Program-made: the position numbers and the translations under genes
Shown: piece by piece, positions 11,301 through 22,719 of the stretch
Numbering within the stretch: the first letter of the stretch is position 1
Layout: each line of letters begins with the position of its first letter
Notes under the pieces: model-generated
What the model saw: only the letters and a program-made list of their open reading frames with translations
Database searches by the model: none
Told to the model about the DNA's origin: nothing
Assembly: GCA_963840455.1 (NCBI GenBank)
Contig: CAWIYV010000014.1
Location: 96,001-160,000, forward strand
Direction: 5' to 3'
Length of the DNA: 64,000 nucleotides
Source of the DNA: Nitrospirota bacterium
Lineage (GTDB): Bacteria; Nitrospirota; UBA9217

Positions 11301-11406
11301 GGTAACGGCTATTCAATATTCAAATTTGATCAGTGTCAAATGCCGTTCTTAGGATACTAAGATGAAGGTCCCCGTGTCCCCGCGTCGGTTCTTCTTTGTC
11401 GGTCTC

Positions 11407-11958
11407 CTACTGGTCCTTCTCCAGGTCCTTGTTCCCGTCGATGTACTTCAGATTGAACTTGAACCCGTCGATCCACCACACGCCGTCGTTCTTGACGAGA
11501 TGGAAGTCGTAGCTGCCGACGAAAGTCCGGACGTTCCTGCCACTCCTCGTCGGGAGGTAATGGGTGGCGATGCCGTAGCAGAAAGCGTCGGCACGGTTCC
11601 CGGCCACGGTCACGATGTAGTTCCCTGCCTGGTGATGGATGGCCTTGAGGGGCTTCAGGCCTTTGTCCTATCCGTCCACGATCTGCCGGGGCGTCAGCAC
11701 CTGCGGACTGCCGCCGGCGAGTGACGTCGTGTCGAAGCGCACCTCTGGCGCGAATACGTTCTTGACCTCGCTCCAGTCGCGCTGGTCCGTGCCGATGAAC
11801 AGATGGTTGATGGTCTCGATGATCATGTCCTTGTCAGCAAGCTCCTGATACCGCTCCCGGACCTGCTGTTCGCTCGGGTCCTTCGCCGGGCCGGCAGCCG
11901 GGATTCCGCCGGCGGCCATCATGGTGAGCACGATAGCCGTTATCATTGTTCGTAGCAT
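11407..11958 (-). pseudogene. Secreted SnoaL/NTF2-like protein interrupted by one in-frame TAG (11670-11668)
   Basis: ORFs 11668-11958 and 11407-11613 share a frame and read DQRDW...IVDG*DKGLKPLKAIHHQAGNY...GSYDFHLVK...WWID. Confidence 0.8.
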
Positions 11959-12129
11959 ATGATCTCCTTTCCCGGTCCTCAGCCGGAGGCCCGGCTTCGG
12001 CGTGCATCCTATATTTATTATATAGTATACTGCCGGCGCGGCGCGCTCCGGCAGGGCATCTCAAACCTTTACTTCGTCGCGGCGGCTGTCTATAATGTAA
12101 TCATTCCACGGACAGGACAGGAGAGGACT

Positions 12130-13209
12130 ATGATCAGAAGACTGGGCATCCTCGTCCTCGCGTGCACGGCATTCCTCGTATTTGGCTGCAGCCATCAGAG
12201 GCCCTCGGCGACGCAGGCCGGCGGAGGTTCCGACGGCCGCCACCTGCGGAACGTCACCCAGCTTACCTTCGACGGGGACAACGGCGAGGCCTATTTCTCC
12301 GCCGACGGGAAGAAGCTCATCTTCCAGACCAGCCGGGGCGGGTACGCATGCGACAAGATCTGGACCATGAACTTCGACGGGACGGACCTGCGCATGGTCA
12401 GCCCGGACCACGGTGCGCACACCTGTTCGTTCTTCTTTCCCGACGGGAAGCGCATCGTTTTTGCCTCCACGAGCCATCTTCCCGGAGCCTGTCCTCCCAA
12501 GCCGCAGTCGCCGCCCGGCGCGCGGTACGTTTGGCCGCTCTATCCCTACGATATCTACTCGGCGGACCCCGACGGCACGGACCTCGTCCGGCTCACCACC
12601 AATCCCGCATACGACGCCGAACCGGTGGTCTCGTCCGACGGGAAGCGGATCGTTTTCGGCTCCCAGCGTGACGGGAACTTCGACGTCTATGTCATGAACA
12701 GCGACGGATCGAACGTGCGGCGGCTCACGGAGCGGATGGGCTACAACGGCGGGCCGTGGTTCTCTCCTGACGGGACCAAGATCGTCTGGCGGGCATGGTA
12801 CCCTGAGAGTTCGGCGGAAAAGGCCCAGTGGAAGGACTGCATGGAGAAGAACTATATCCTCGCTTTTCCCCTGGACCTCTGGGTGATGGACAGCGACGGC
12901 TCGAACAAGCGGCTGCTTCTCCGGAACGGCGCGACCAACTTCGCGCCGTCATGGCACCCCGACGGCAGGCGCATCATCTTCGCGAGCAACAAGGATGACT
13001 GGCGGGAAGACATCAGGCAGTACGGCCACAACTTCGAGCTCTACCTCATCAACATCGACGGCACTGGCCTGGAGCGCATCACCTACAACACGACCTTCGA
13101 TTCCTTCCCCATGTTCTCGCCTGACGGAAGGAAGCTGGTCTGGGCCTCGAACCGGAACCCCGACAAGCCGCGGCAGACGGATATCTACATCGCTGACTGG
13201 GTGGAGTAA
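12130..13209 (+). CDS. TolB-like PD40 beta-propeller lipoprotein
   Basis: Lipobox VFGC; repeated FSPDGKxIVF blades; SD GAGAGG. Confidence 0.9.
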   Translation: MIRRLGILVLACTAFLVFGCSHQRPSATQAGGGSDGRHLRNVTQLTFDGDNGEAYFSADGKKLIFQTSRGGYACDKIWTMNFDGTDLRMVSPDHGAHTCSFFFPDGKRIVFASTSHLPGACPPKPQSPPGARYVWPLYPYDIYSADPDGTDLVRLTTNPAYDAEPVVSSDGKRIVFGSQRDGNFDVYVMNSDGSNVRRLTERMGYNGGPWFSPDGTKIVWRAWYPESSAEKAQWKDCMEKNYILAFPLDLWVMDSDGSNKRLLLRNGATNFAPSWHPDGRRIIFASNKDDWREDIRQYGHNFELYLINIDGTGLERITYNTTFDSFPMFSPDGRKLVWASNRNPDKPRQTDIYIADWVE

Positions 13210-13250
13210 CGACCGACAGGGGACTTGGTGACGGGGTGACAGGAGCGAAC

Positions 13251-16200
13251 ATGAAGGGAAAGGGCAAGACCTCGCCAAAGAAAAGCGCAAAGTCCGCCGG
13301 TGCTCGAAACGCGTGCAAGCGGACAGAGGAGGCATTGCGCGATTCGGACAGCAGGACACGAAGCATCGTCGAATCACTCCCGATCGGCATGCACCTGTAC
13401 CGGCTGGAGGCTGACGGCCGTCTCGTGTTCACCGGTGCCAATCCCGCGGCCGATCAGATCCTGGGTGTGGACAACAGCATCTTCGTCGGCAAGACGATCG
13501 AAGAGGCGTTCCCAGCGCTGAAAGAGACGGAGGTGCCGCAGCGGTATCGTGAGGTGGCTGCGACGGGAAAGGCCTGGCAAACGGAAAGCATCGAGTATAA
13601 GGACAATGACATCATCGGTGCGTTCGAGGTGCATGCATTCCAGACCGCACCGAATACGATGGTTGCCGTGTTCGAGGACGTTACTGCACGGAAGCAGTCT
13701 GAATTGGCCCTTCAGCAGAGCGAGGCGAAGTACCGGCGCCTCTACGACGAAACGCCGGTCCTGCTCCATTCCATAGACTGGAATGGGATCGTTGTCGAGG
13801 TGAATAATTATTGGCTCAAGACGCTCGGGTATGAGCGAGATGAGGTGATCGGCAGAAAGGTGACCGATTTTTTTACGGATGCATCGCGAAAATACGCACA
13901 AGAGGTCGTTCAGCCTGCGTTCTTTCGCGACGGCGTCATAAAGGATATATCGTACCAGTTCGTCAAGAAGAACGGCGAGGTAGTGGATGTGTTGCTCTCG
14001 GCAATGGGCGAGCGGGATGCTGCCGGTAATGTTGTCCGCTCACTGGCGGTGATCCAGGATATAACCGAGCGAAAGCGGGTCGAGGAAGCTCTTCAGGCAA
14101 GCGAGAGCCGCTATCGGGCGATCGTGGACAGCCAGACGGAGTTCGTTGTTCGCTATTTGCCGGGCGGCATTCTCACGTTCGTCAACGATACCCTCTGCCG
14201 GTATATCGGCATGAGGCGGGAAGACCTTCTGGGAAAGTCGTACTATCCTTTCATGCATCCCGATGACCGGGAGGAGTTCATCCAGAAGATTGAAGCGCTC
14301 GACCGCGATAATCCCGTCATGGTCGCCGAGGCCAGAGTTGTCCTCCCGGACGGACGGGTGACATGGCATCAGTGGACTCATCATGCGATCTTCGGGGAGC
14401 GGGGAGAGGCCGTCGAATACCAGTCCACCGGTAGGGACGTAACGGAGCTCAAGAAGGCCGCGGAACGGCTGCGGGAGAGCGAGGAAAAATTCTCGAAGAT
14501 CTACAGGAAGGCTCCGCTCCTGATCACCCTGAGCGATATTGAGACCGGCCGGTTCCTCGACGTGAACGATAGGTTCCTCGAAATATCTGGCTTCACGCGG
14601 GAAGAGGTGGTGGGCAGGACCGCCATCGAGATCGGCTGGATATCTGAGGAACAGCGGGCCCGGATGCAACAGATCCTTCGAGAACGAGGACGCGTATCCG
14701 GGATGGAACTTTCCCTGCGGCGCAGGGACGGCGGGGAAGTGGTCTGCTTGTACAACGGCGAGATAATCACGGTGGGCGGAACGCAGCGTCTACTCTCGAT
14801 CGCCCAGGACATCAGCGAGCGAAAAAAGGCCGAAAGCGACCTGGAGCTGTTCAAGAACCTCATCAACAGGTCCAGCGAGGCGATATTCGTCAACGATCCG
14901 CAGACCGGCCGGTTCGTTGATATGAACGACCGGGCATGCTCAAGTCTGGGCTATAGCCGCGATGAGCTGTTGAAGATGGGGGTCCGGGACATTGAAGGCA
15001 TTTTTTCCGACGCTCGCGCCTGGCAGGAGCACGTGGCGGACGTAAGACGCCGGGGTTCTCTCCTGCTGGAAGGCATGCATAAGAAAAAAGACGGGACCGC
15101 GTTCCCGGTGGAAATAAGCGTCGACTATGTCGAACTGGGCGCGGCGGAATATATGATCGCGGTCGTCCGCGACGTTTCGGAACGGAAACAGGCCGATGAG
15201 GCGCTGCGCGAGCGGGAACGGCAGCTCGCCGAATCCCAGCGCATCGCACATGTCGGGAGCTGGCAACATAATATGAAGACGAGTCGTGTGGTCTGGTCCG
15301 ATGAACTGTTCCGCCTTCTCGGCCTCGATCCTCGCAAGGACCCGGCGGACTTCAAGATGTTCTTCGAGATGCTACATCCCGAGGACCAGCTCATCCTGAA
15401 GAATGCGATCGATACGACGCTCAGGGAAAAGAAACCGTTCAGCATCGAGTACCGATTCGTCCTCAGGGACGGAACTACGCGGACCATCCTTGCCCAGGCC
15501 GAGCTCATTCCCGATGATGCGGGCGAACTGGTCATCTTGAGCGGGACCGCCCAGGACATCACCGATCGGAAGCGCGCGGAAGAAGAGAACGACCGTCTTG
15601 CCAGAGCGGTCTCTATTGTTACGGAAGGCATCGCCGTGACGGATGAACAGGACCGATTCATCTATCTCAACGATGCCCATGCGAAGACTTATGGATATGT
15701 CCAGAGCGAACTCATGGGGAAGACCTGGCGCGATCTCACTCCACGCGAGTTCGTCCCATTGATAGAGCCAGAGCTCGCGCGAACGCTGCACAGCAGGGAG
15801 AGCGGCATTTGGAGCGGCGAATCCCCCGGATTGTGCAAGGACGGGACCAGGATCGCCACCGAGATCACTGCCACGGCCCGGTGGAATGAGAAGGGGGAAT
15901 ACGCGGGCCACATATGCGTGGTGCGAGACGTCACGGAGCGGAAACGGGTGGAGGAGGAACTGCGGGAAAAGGAGAGCAAGTACCGGACACTCTTCGAGGC
16001 CGCGAATGACGGGATCTTCATTCAGGACAGTACCGGCTTCAGGGACTGCAACCAGCGGGGCGCCGAGATGTATGGGCTTCGGAAGGAGGAGATCATCGGC
16101 CGCTCGCCGGGCGATTTTGCACCCGAGCGGCAGCCCAATGGCCGGCTTTCGGCCGAAGTGGCCGGCGAGAAGGTCCGGGCCGCGCTGAACGGCGTTCCCC

Positions 16201-17465
16201 AGGTGTTCGAATGGCAGCCGCTGCGCGCTGACGGCAGCGCCTTCGATGTGGAGATCACGCTGAGCCGGCTCGAACTGGGCGGCAAGGTGTGCCTGCAGGC
16301 GATCGTCCGTGATATCAGCGAACGGAAGCGGCTGGATCAGGAACGTCTCAAGTCCGAGAAGCTCCAATCCATAGGGACGCTTGCCGGCGGCATCGCCCAC
16401 GACTTTAACAACCTCCTGCAGGGCGTGTTCGGCTACATCTCCATGGCGAAGCTGACCCATGACCAGAAGGAGAAGTCACTGTCCATGCTCGAACAGGCCG
16501 AAAAGGCGCTCCACCAGTCCGTGAGCCTCACCTCCCAGCTCCTGACCTTCTCGAAGGGCGGGAAGCCGTTGAAGAAGGTGATCGATCTCAAGCCGTTGAT
16601 CGAGAATGCAGTGAAGTTCGCTCTCAGCGGGTCCCGTGTCGACTATGCGCTATCCATCGACGACGACCTTCGTCCTGTCGAGGCGGATGAAGGCCAGCTC
16701 GGCCAGGTGGTCCAGAACATCGTATTGAACGCGGAACAGGCCATGCCGCTGGGCGGGAGGATCGAGATCGCGGCACGGAACGTCCTGGCGCCGTCCCTCG
16801 CCGGAGTGCCGGAAGCCTCCTCGGGCGATCTTGTGGAGATCACGGTCAGGGACCAGGGCATAGGCATCCCCCCGGAGCACCTGCCGAAGATCTTCGACCC
16901 CTATTTCACGACGAAGGAAAAGGGGAGCGGGCTGGGGCTCGCCACGACCTATTCCATCATCAAGAACCATGATGGCGATATCAATGTATCATCCGTGCTT
17001 GGCAAAGGAACGACGTTCACGGCCTATTTTCCCGCGGCAGGACAGGAGGCGGAAGGAGCGGCGAGCCCGGCGGATCCCCGGACCGTGCGGAAGGGCCGGG
17101 TCCTGGTGATGGACGACGAGGAACTGGTCAGGAAGGTCGCGTACGAACTGCTGACCGGCCTGGATCACGAAGCGGAGCTTGCGGTGCACGGCGGCGAGGC
17201 CGTCGAGAAATACCAGCAGGCGAAGGCGGCGGGACGGCCGTTCGATGTCGTGATCCTTGACCTCACCATCCGCGGCGGCATGGGCGGCGAAGAGACCATG
17301 CGGAAACTGCTGGAGATCGATCCCGGTGTGAAGGCGATCGTGTCGAGCGGCTACTCGAATGACAGCGTCGTGGCGAACTACCGCGACCACGGCTTTGCCG
17401 CATTCCTGAAGAAACCCTACGATCTTACGGACCTGCAAGCGACGCTGAACGCTCTCCTGAGGTGA
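13251..17465 (+). CDS. Cytoplasmic hybrid histidine kinase: about 8 PAS domains, HisKA, HATPase and REC
   Basis: Repeated DITERK PAC ends, AGGIAHDFNNLL H-box, FDPYFTTK, GSGLGL, VLVMDDE...VILD...LKKP. Confidence 0.95.
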   Translation: MKGKGKTSPKKSAKSAGARNACKRTEEALRDSDSRTRSIVESLPIGMHLYRLEADGRLVFTGANPAADQILGVDNSIFVGKTIEEAFPALKETEVPQRYREVAATGKAWQTESIEYKDNDIIGAFEVHAFQTAPNTMVAVFEDVTARKQSELALQQSEAKYRRLYDETPVLLHSIDWNGIVVEVNNYWLKTLGYERDEVIGRKVTDFFTDASRKYAQEVVQPAFFRDGVIKDISYQFVKKNGEVVDVLLSAMGERDAAGNVVRSLAVIQDITERKRVEEALQASESRYRAIVDSQTEFVVRYLPGGILTFVNDTLCRYIGMRREDLLGKSYYPFMHPDDREEFIQKIEALDRDNPVMVAEARVVLPDGRVTWHQWTHHAIFGERGEAVEYQSTGRDVTELKKAAERLRESEEKFSKIYRKAPLLITLSDIETGRFLDVNDRFLEISGFTREEVVGRTAIEIGWISEEQRARMQQILRERGRVSGMELSLRRRDGGEVVCLYNGEIITVGGTQRLLSIAQDISERKKAESDLELFKNLINRSSEAIFVNDPQTGRFVDMNDRACSSLGYSRDELLKMGVRDIEGIFSDARAWQEHVADVRRRGSLLLEGMHKKKDGTAFPVEISVDYVELGAAEYMIAVVRDVSERKQADEALRERERQLAESQRIAHVGSWQHNMKTSRVVWSDELFRLLGLDPRKDPADFKMFFEMLHPEDQLILKNAIDTTLREKKPFSIEYRFVLRDGTTRTILAQAELIPDDAGELVILSGTAQDITDRKRAEEENDRLARAVSIVTEGIAVTDEQDRFIYLNDAHAKTYGYVQSELMGKTWRDLTPREFVPLIEPELARTLHSRESGIWSGESPGLCKDGTRIATEITATARWNEKGEYAGHICVVRDVTERKRVEEELREKESKYRTLFEAANDGIFIQDSTGFRDCNQRGAEMYGLRKEEIIGRSPGDFAPERQPNGRLSAEVAGEKVRAALNGVPQVFEWQPLRADGSAFDVEITLSRLELGGKVCLQAIVRDISERKRLDQERLKSEKLQSIGTLAGGIAHDFNNLLQGVFGYISMAKLTHDQKEKSLSMLEQAEKALHQSVSLTSQLLTFSKGGKPLKKVIDLKPLIENAVKFALSGSRVDYALSIDDDLRPVEADEGQLGQVVQNIVLNAEQAMPLGGRIEIAARNVLAPSLAGVPEASSGDLVEITVRDQGIGIPPEHLPKIFDPYFTTKEKGSGLGLATTYSIIKNHDGDINVSSVLGKGTTFTAYFPAAGQEAEGAASPADPRTVRKGRVLVMDDEELVRKVAYELLTGLDHEAELAVHGGEAVEKYQQAKAAGRPFDVVILDLTIRGGMGGEETMRKLLEIDPGVKAIVSSGYSNDSVVANYRDHGFAAFLKKPYDLTDLQATLNALLR

Positions 17466-17599
17466 GTGAGGGCCCCATCCCGCAATGTCTCCCGGACCCG
17501 TTCATGAGCGGCGCCGGCGTGCGTGAGTGCGGAGTCGGGGGGAATCAGTGGCAACAAGAACGAAGAATGCGAGGTCAATCGCGAAGGAGAACGCGTGAC

Positions 17600-18835
17600 A
17601 TGAAGCGATCCAGGAACGCCTTGTTGATCATGATCATGCTGGCCATGTGTGTGGGTCCGGCCGGTGCACAGGTAGCGATCGAGCCCGAGGGCATGATGGC
17701 GACGGTGATGTACCTTGCGGACGAGAAATTTCGCGGGCGCGGCATCGGTAGTCCCGAGCTGGACCAGGTCGCCACGTTCATCGCGACAAAGTTCGAGTCG
17801 GTCGGCCTTCTGCCGGGCGGGGAATCGGGCGGCAGCTGGTACCAGGAATGGGTAGACCCAGACACGAAGATGAGGATGCGGAACGTGGTAGGCGTCCTTC
17901 CGGGCAGGAACCCGGAGCTTGCGCGTGAAAGCGTGGTCATCGGCGCGCACTACGACCATCTCGAAAGGAAAAGCGCATCAAAGGAGAACGATGGAAAGGT
18001 GCACCCCGGAGCAGACGACAACGCCAGCGGCGTCGCGGTGCTGCTCGAAATGGCGTCACGGCTTACGCTGGTAGCAAACATGGAGCGGCCCATCGTGTTC
18101 GTCGCCTTCACCGCCGAGGAAACCGGCAGGAAAGGGTCCCGGTATTTCGTCCAGAACGAGAAGCGATACCCCGTGTCCAGGGCCACGGGTATGATCAACC
18201 TTGATACGGTCGGGCGGCTCGGAAAAGGCAAGCTGATCATCCTTGGCGCAGCGTCTGCGAAGGAGTGGGGAACGCTCTTCCAGGAGGCCGCCAAGCCCCT
18301 GAAGCTCGAGATCGCAGAATCGGCGCAGGACCTGGATTCGAGCGACCAGAAGAGCTTCCACGAGGCAGGCGTCCCGGCGGTGCAGCTTTTCACGGGTCCC
18401 CATCTTGACTATCACCGGCCCACTGACACTGCGGACAGGATCGACGGCAAGGGGCTCGCGAAGATCGCGATGGTGACCCGGACCGTTGCCTTCACCCTGG
18501 CGAACCTCTCTGCTCCGCTCACGCGGACCATCATGGCGGCGCCGGGTGCTGTCCCCGGGCCGCGCATTGAGAGGAAAGTGACCATCGGTGCCATCCCGGA
18601 TTTCACCTACAACGAACAGGGGGTACGGCTCAGCGGGACCCAGCCGGGCGGTCCGGCCGAGGCGGCAGGGATGAAGCAGGGGGACATCATCATCCAGGCG
18701 GGAACAGCTCCCATCTCGGTGCTGAAGGACCTTTCCGATGTGTTGAAGACGAAGCAGCCGGGGGACAGGCTCCCGGTCAGGTTCCTGCGGAACGGGAGAG
18801 AGATGAAGACCGAGCTTGAGGTGAAGGAGCGGTAA
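17600..18835 (+). CDS. Secreted M28 family peptidase with C-terminal PDZ domain
   Basis: IGAHYDH, GADDNASG, FTAEE, NLD, SDQ, YHRPTD; PDZ motif GGPAEAAGM. Confidence 0.92.
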   Translation: MKRSRNALLIMIMLAMCVGPAGAQVAIEPEGMMATVMYLADEKFRGRGIGSPELDQVATFIATKFESVGLLPGGESGGSWYQEWVDPDTKMRMRNVVGVLPGRNPELARESVVIGAHYDHLERKSASKENDGKVHPGADDNASGVAVLLEMASRLTLVANMERPIVFVAFTAEETGRKGSRYFVQNEKRYPVSRATGMINLDTVGRLGKGKLIILGAASAKEWGTLFQEAAKPLKLEIAESAQDLDSSDQKSFHEAGVPAVQLFTGPHLDYHRPTDTADRIDGKGLAKIAMVTRTVAFTLANLSAPLTRTIMAAPGAVPGPRIERKVTIGAIPDFTYNEQGVRLSGTQPGGPAEAAGMKQGDIIIQAGTAPISVLKDLSDVLKTKQPGDRLPVRFLRNGREMKTELEVKER

Positions 18836-19456
18836 CAGTATCTTGTCAGTGAATATCATCGAGCTGCGACGAAGTAACACATCGCCTTCTCTTGCATCGT
18901 GAACGAATCAGAGGTGGTCCCTCTGTCGTTGCGAGCCACCGTAGGGGAGCACGCACAGTCGCTGCAAAAGGAGTGATAGCCCCGTCGCTCTGCTCCCTGC
19001 AAGGATACAACGGCGGTGCTTCTTTATAATTACGGCGGCGATGAACACGTTATTATTCCTACCCTTCAATCCTTTCCATCACCTTCCCTAATTTGTTCCA
19101 GTCCTATTCCCGCAGGTTCACGGGGAAACATGTTCTTCCATTGATAACCTGAACATAAAGCGCAAAGCCGGCCAGGAACTGATTCATGCCAGGATTGCCG
19201 GAAAGAATATGCTTGATTTGGAAACTATTTAATTTGGTAAAATATAAAAAAAATGGTTGACAAAGAGGGATTCGAGTGGTAATGTGGTTGTCATAAATAT
19301 GAGGCTTCGTAAGCCTAAGCAATATAATGGATTTAGAGAAAAGGAATTGAGTTGACGAGTACCTCAAGGGAAATTGACGAGACCGGAGTGTACGAACAAG
19401 AGCAGGAAAATAGAACGTATTCGTGAAGTAATTCCATTATAGGGAGGAGTATTATC

Positions 19457-19918
19457 ATGAAAAAGCTGGTTATGTTCGGGATGGTTGTGATGGTGTTGCT
19501 CGGTTTCGCAGGCAAGGGCTTCACAGCGGGTAAACACGGGACAGCAGCCGAGGCGGAGGCAATGGTGAAGAAGGCGATAGCGATGGCAAAGGCCAAGGGG
19601 AATGAGGCCACGTTCGCCGAGATCAACAACCCGAAGGGGCAGTTCACCGACCGGGACCTGTACGTGTTCGTCTATGACATGAATGGCAAGTGCGTTGCCC
19701 ACGGACAGAACCTCAAGATGATCGGCAAGGAACTGATTGAAATGAAGGATGCCGATGGCAAGGAATTCGTCAAGGAACGGGTCGAGATCGCAAAGACCAA
19801 AGGCAGCGGATGGCAGGATTACAAGTTCACTGATCCGCTCACCAAGAAGATCGAACCGAAACGGGCGTATATCGAGCGGCATGGTGATCTCATCTTTGGA
19901 AGCGGCATCTATAAATAG
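19457..19918 (+). CDS. Stand-alone secreted single-Cache domain protein
   Basis: Signal peptide; LYVFVYD...AHG...DADGKEF...GSGWQDYKF...PKRAY...GSGIY. Confidence 0.88.
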   Translation: MKKLVMFGMVVMVLLGFAGKGFTAGKHGTAAEAEAMVKKAIAMAKAKGNEATFAEINNPKGQFTDRDLYVFVYDMNGKCVAHGQNLKMIGKELIEMKDADGKEFVKERVEIAKTKGSGWQDYKFTDPLTKKIEPKRAYIERHGDLIFGSGIYK

Positions 19919-19999
19919 GTGAAGACGACGGCGGCAGAGCTATTGCGAAAGGCCTGCCGCCGTTCGATCAAGGCATGTGAAACACGAGGAGGATGCTCC

Positions 20000-21748
20000 A
20001 TGGATATCAAGACCCGCATCAATAATCTGAGCATGATGGCGAAAATACTGGTGGCGCCGGTGCTCGTTATTGTCCTTCTGGTCATGTTCGGCATTGCGTC
20101 CTATCTGGGCTTGAACACCCAGAAAAGCGCCTTGAACGACATTTTCAACAATCGGTTCAAGAGCTATAAGGTAAGCGCGAAGCTCGCGAATGACCTGACC
20201 GATGTTCACATGAGCACCTACCGGATCCTGAGTTGGGAGACGGCCCGGTATGATCGTGCCAAGATCAACGCACTGGGCAAGAAGCAGCTCGAGACCCTGA
20301 AACGTGCCGTCGAAACGGTACAGTCGGGCGTTGATTCGAAATCGGCAACGGCCGAGGAAAAGAAGATATATGAATCAATGATGAAGGAAATGATCGATTA
20401 TCAAAAGGCGATCATCTCGGCGATCGACCTGGCTGATTCAGATCTGAACTTTGCTACCATGTTCATGGCAAAGGCGGACGCGGATTTCGAGCAGGTCGAT
20501 AAGGTCATGCACGAGCTTATGGAAATGGAAGAGAAAGTGAGCGCGGAAACGTACGCGGGCGCCATGAAGACCTTCAGCAGGGTCATCGCGATCATGGCCG
20601 TGGTCCTGCTTGGCGCGGTTGCGCTGTCATTTGCCGTGAGCGTCATTATTGCCCGGAGCGTAACGAAGGTCCTGGGTGCAGAACCTCATGCTATCGCGTC
20701 GATCGCGAAAAGTATCGCAGGCGGCGATCTGACTCTGCGCTTCAGTTCGACCGGGGCAGCGGAGAGTGTATATGCCGACATGCGAAAAATGGCGGAGAAA
20801 TTGAAGGAAGTGGTGGCTGATGTTAAATCGTCTGCCGACAACGTTGCGTCCGGCAGCCAACAGATGTCATCGGGGGCGGAGCAGTTGTCGCAGGGCACGA
20901 CGGAGCAGGCGGCAAATGCGGAGGAAGCATCGTCGTCGGTGGAAGAGATGAACGCCACGATCCGGCAGAATGCGGACAACGCGATGCAGACCGAAAAAAT
21001 AGCGCGCAAGAGTGCCAACGATGCCCTGGAAAGCGGCAAGGCAGTGACCGAAGCGGTCAATGCTATGAAGGACATCGCCGAAAAGATCTCCATTATCGAG
21101 GAGATCGCCCGGCAGACCAACCTGCTTGCCCTGAATGCGGCGATCGAGGCTGCCCGGGCCGGAGAGCATGGGAAGGGGTTCGCGGTCGTGGCGGCAGAGG
21201 TCAGAAAGCTTGCCGAACGGAGCCAGATAGCCGCTGCTGAGATCAGCCAGTTGTCGGGTACCAGTGTTGGCGTTGCCGAGCAGGCCGGGGCCATGCTGGC
21301 CAAGCTTGTGCCGGACATCCAAAAGACCTCGGAACTGGTCCAGGAGATCACGGCAGCCTCAAAGGAGCAGTCCGGCGGCGCGGACCAGATCAACAGCTCG
21401 ATTCAGCAATTGAACCAGGTGGTGCAGCAGAATGCCGGAGCTGCCGAAGAGATGTCATCGACGGCAGAGGAGCTCTCCTCCCAGGCAAGCCAGCTCATGG
21501 AGACCATTGCCTTCTTCAAGGTCGACGGTGATCTGCGTACGGCGATCCCGGAAAAGGATGCGCCCCAGATCGCGCATCATGCGCCTGGGTCCAGGATACA
21601 CGCGAACCGGAAACAGAAGATGAAGAGAACCGCAGCAACTGCCGCTGCCGAACGGAGGGGCGTATCGCTGGTCCTTGCGCCCGGTGGGAATGGGATGAAC
21701 AACGTGAGCGAGGGCGACGCCCGGGACGCGGAGTTCGAAAAATTCTAA
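20000..21748 (+). CDS. Methyl-accepting chemotaxis protein (four-helix periplasmic sensor)
   Basis: Two TM helices; [40 protein letters not shown]; C-terminal EFEKF pentapeptide. Confidence 0.96.
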   Translation: MDIKTRINNLSMMAKILVAPVLVIVLLVMFGIASYLGLNTQKSALNDIFNNRFKSYKVSAKLANDLTDVHMSTYRILSWETARYDRAKINALGKKQLETLKRAVETVQSGVDSKSATAEEKKIYESMMKEMIDYQKAIISAIDLADSDLNFATMFMAKADADFEQVDKVMHELMEMEEKVSAETYAGAMKTFSRVIAIMAVVLLGAVALSFAVSVIIARSVTKVLGAEPHAIASIAKSIAGGDLTLRFSSTGAAESVYADMRKMAEKLKEVVADVKSSADNVASGSQQMSSGAEQLSQGTTEQAANAEEASSSVEEMNATIRQNADNAMQTEKIARKSANDALESGKAVTEAVNAMKDIAEKISIIEEIARQTNLLALNAAIEAARAGEHGKGFAVVAAEVRKLAERSQIAAAEISQLSGTSVGVAEQAGAMLAKLVPDIQKTSELVQEITAASKEQSGGADQINSSIQQLNQVVQQNAGAAEEMSSTAEELSSQASQLMETIAFFKVDGDLRTAIPEKDAPQIAHHAPGSRIHANRKQKMKRTAATAAAERRGVSLVLAPGGNGMNNVSEGDARDAEFEKF

Positions 21749-21849
21749 CAGACGGGAGTCAGAATACAGAAGCCAGAAGTCAGGAGGACTGCAATTCTCC
21801 GAGCGCCTGGATACTGGCTGCTGACTGCTGATCGTGACAGGAGGCTGTC

Positions 21850-22362
21850 ATGGCAATAGCTGCTGAATCAATAACAACGCAGTATTTGACTTTCAAGCTT
21901 GGCGAAGAGATGTTCGCCCTGGATATCGCAAAAGTGAGGGAAGTGCTGGACTTTACGACGGTGACGAAGGTCCCCCGGATGCCGGATTTCATGCGCGGGG
22001 TGATCAACCTGCGCGGCAGCGTGATCCCGGTCGTGGACCTGCGGGTCAAGTTCGGCATGGCCGGATCGGAGACGACCGTGAACACCTGTATTATCATCTC
22101 GGAAGTGGCCGTGGACGGCGACACTACGGTGCTGGGCGCCCTGGCAGATTCGGTGCAGGAGGTGCTGGACCTTGAGCGGGGAAATATCGCCCCTGCGCCA
22201 CGTATCGGGACCAAGCTCAGGACCGACTTCATCAAGGGCATCGGCAAGCAGAACGACCGATTCGTCATCCTTCTTGATATTGACCGCGTCTTCTCATCGG
22301 ACGAGCTTGCTTTTACCCATGCCGGTCAACCCGAGGTTGCCGGCGGCGCAGCAGCGCGTTGA
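21850..22362 (+). CDS. cheW: Chemotaxis coupling protein CheW
   Basis: QYLTFKLG...VREV...GVINLRGSVIPVVDLR. Confidence 0.95.
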   Translation: MAIAAESITTQYLTFKLGEEMFALDIAKVREVLDFTTVTKVPRMPDFMRGVINLRGSVIPVVDLRVKFGMAGSETTVNTCIIISEVAVDGDTTVLGALADSVQEVLDLERGNIAPAPRIGTKLRTDFIKGIGKQNDRFVILLDIDRVFSSDELAFTHAGQPEVAGGAAAR

Positions 22363-22378
22363 CCTGCGGTGAGCAAGG

Positions 22379-22510
22379 ATGGCAATGATGGCCAAAACGA
22401 TCCTTCTCGTGGATGATGACTTCATGGTGCTCAATATTATCTGCGATCTCCTGCGGCGATGCGGATACATGGTCATGGCCGAACGCGAGGCGTCTGTGGT
22501 CTGCGCATGA
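22379..22510 (+). pseudogene. Truncated response-regulator receiver fragment (43 aa)
   Basis: MAMMAKTILLVDDDFMVLNIICDLLRRCGYMVMAE... stops before the phosphoacceptor Asp. Confidence 0.6.
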
Positions 22511-22719
22511 TGATCGGACAGCCACGGGTTCGGTAAAATAATTCAGGAGGAATAAAAAAGCAACAGGAAAGAAACACTACGATTTATTTCGGCAAGCGCT
22601 TGAGAAGTTAAAGAAGTCCAGCGTCTGGGAAAAACTAACGCCCTTACAATAAAGAGACGCTGATTACGCAATATTTTCAGAGGCATTTTGATCGAATGAT
22701 CAGTAGTCATGGGAGAGGA

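Noticed and set aside
18920-19010. Degenerate TGTCnTTGCGAG...GCAAnGAnACA REP-like element
   Set aside because: Single, highly degenerate copy in the window; cannot be supported.
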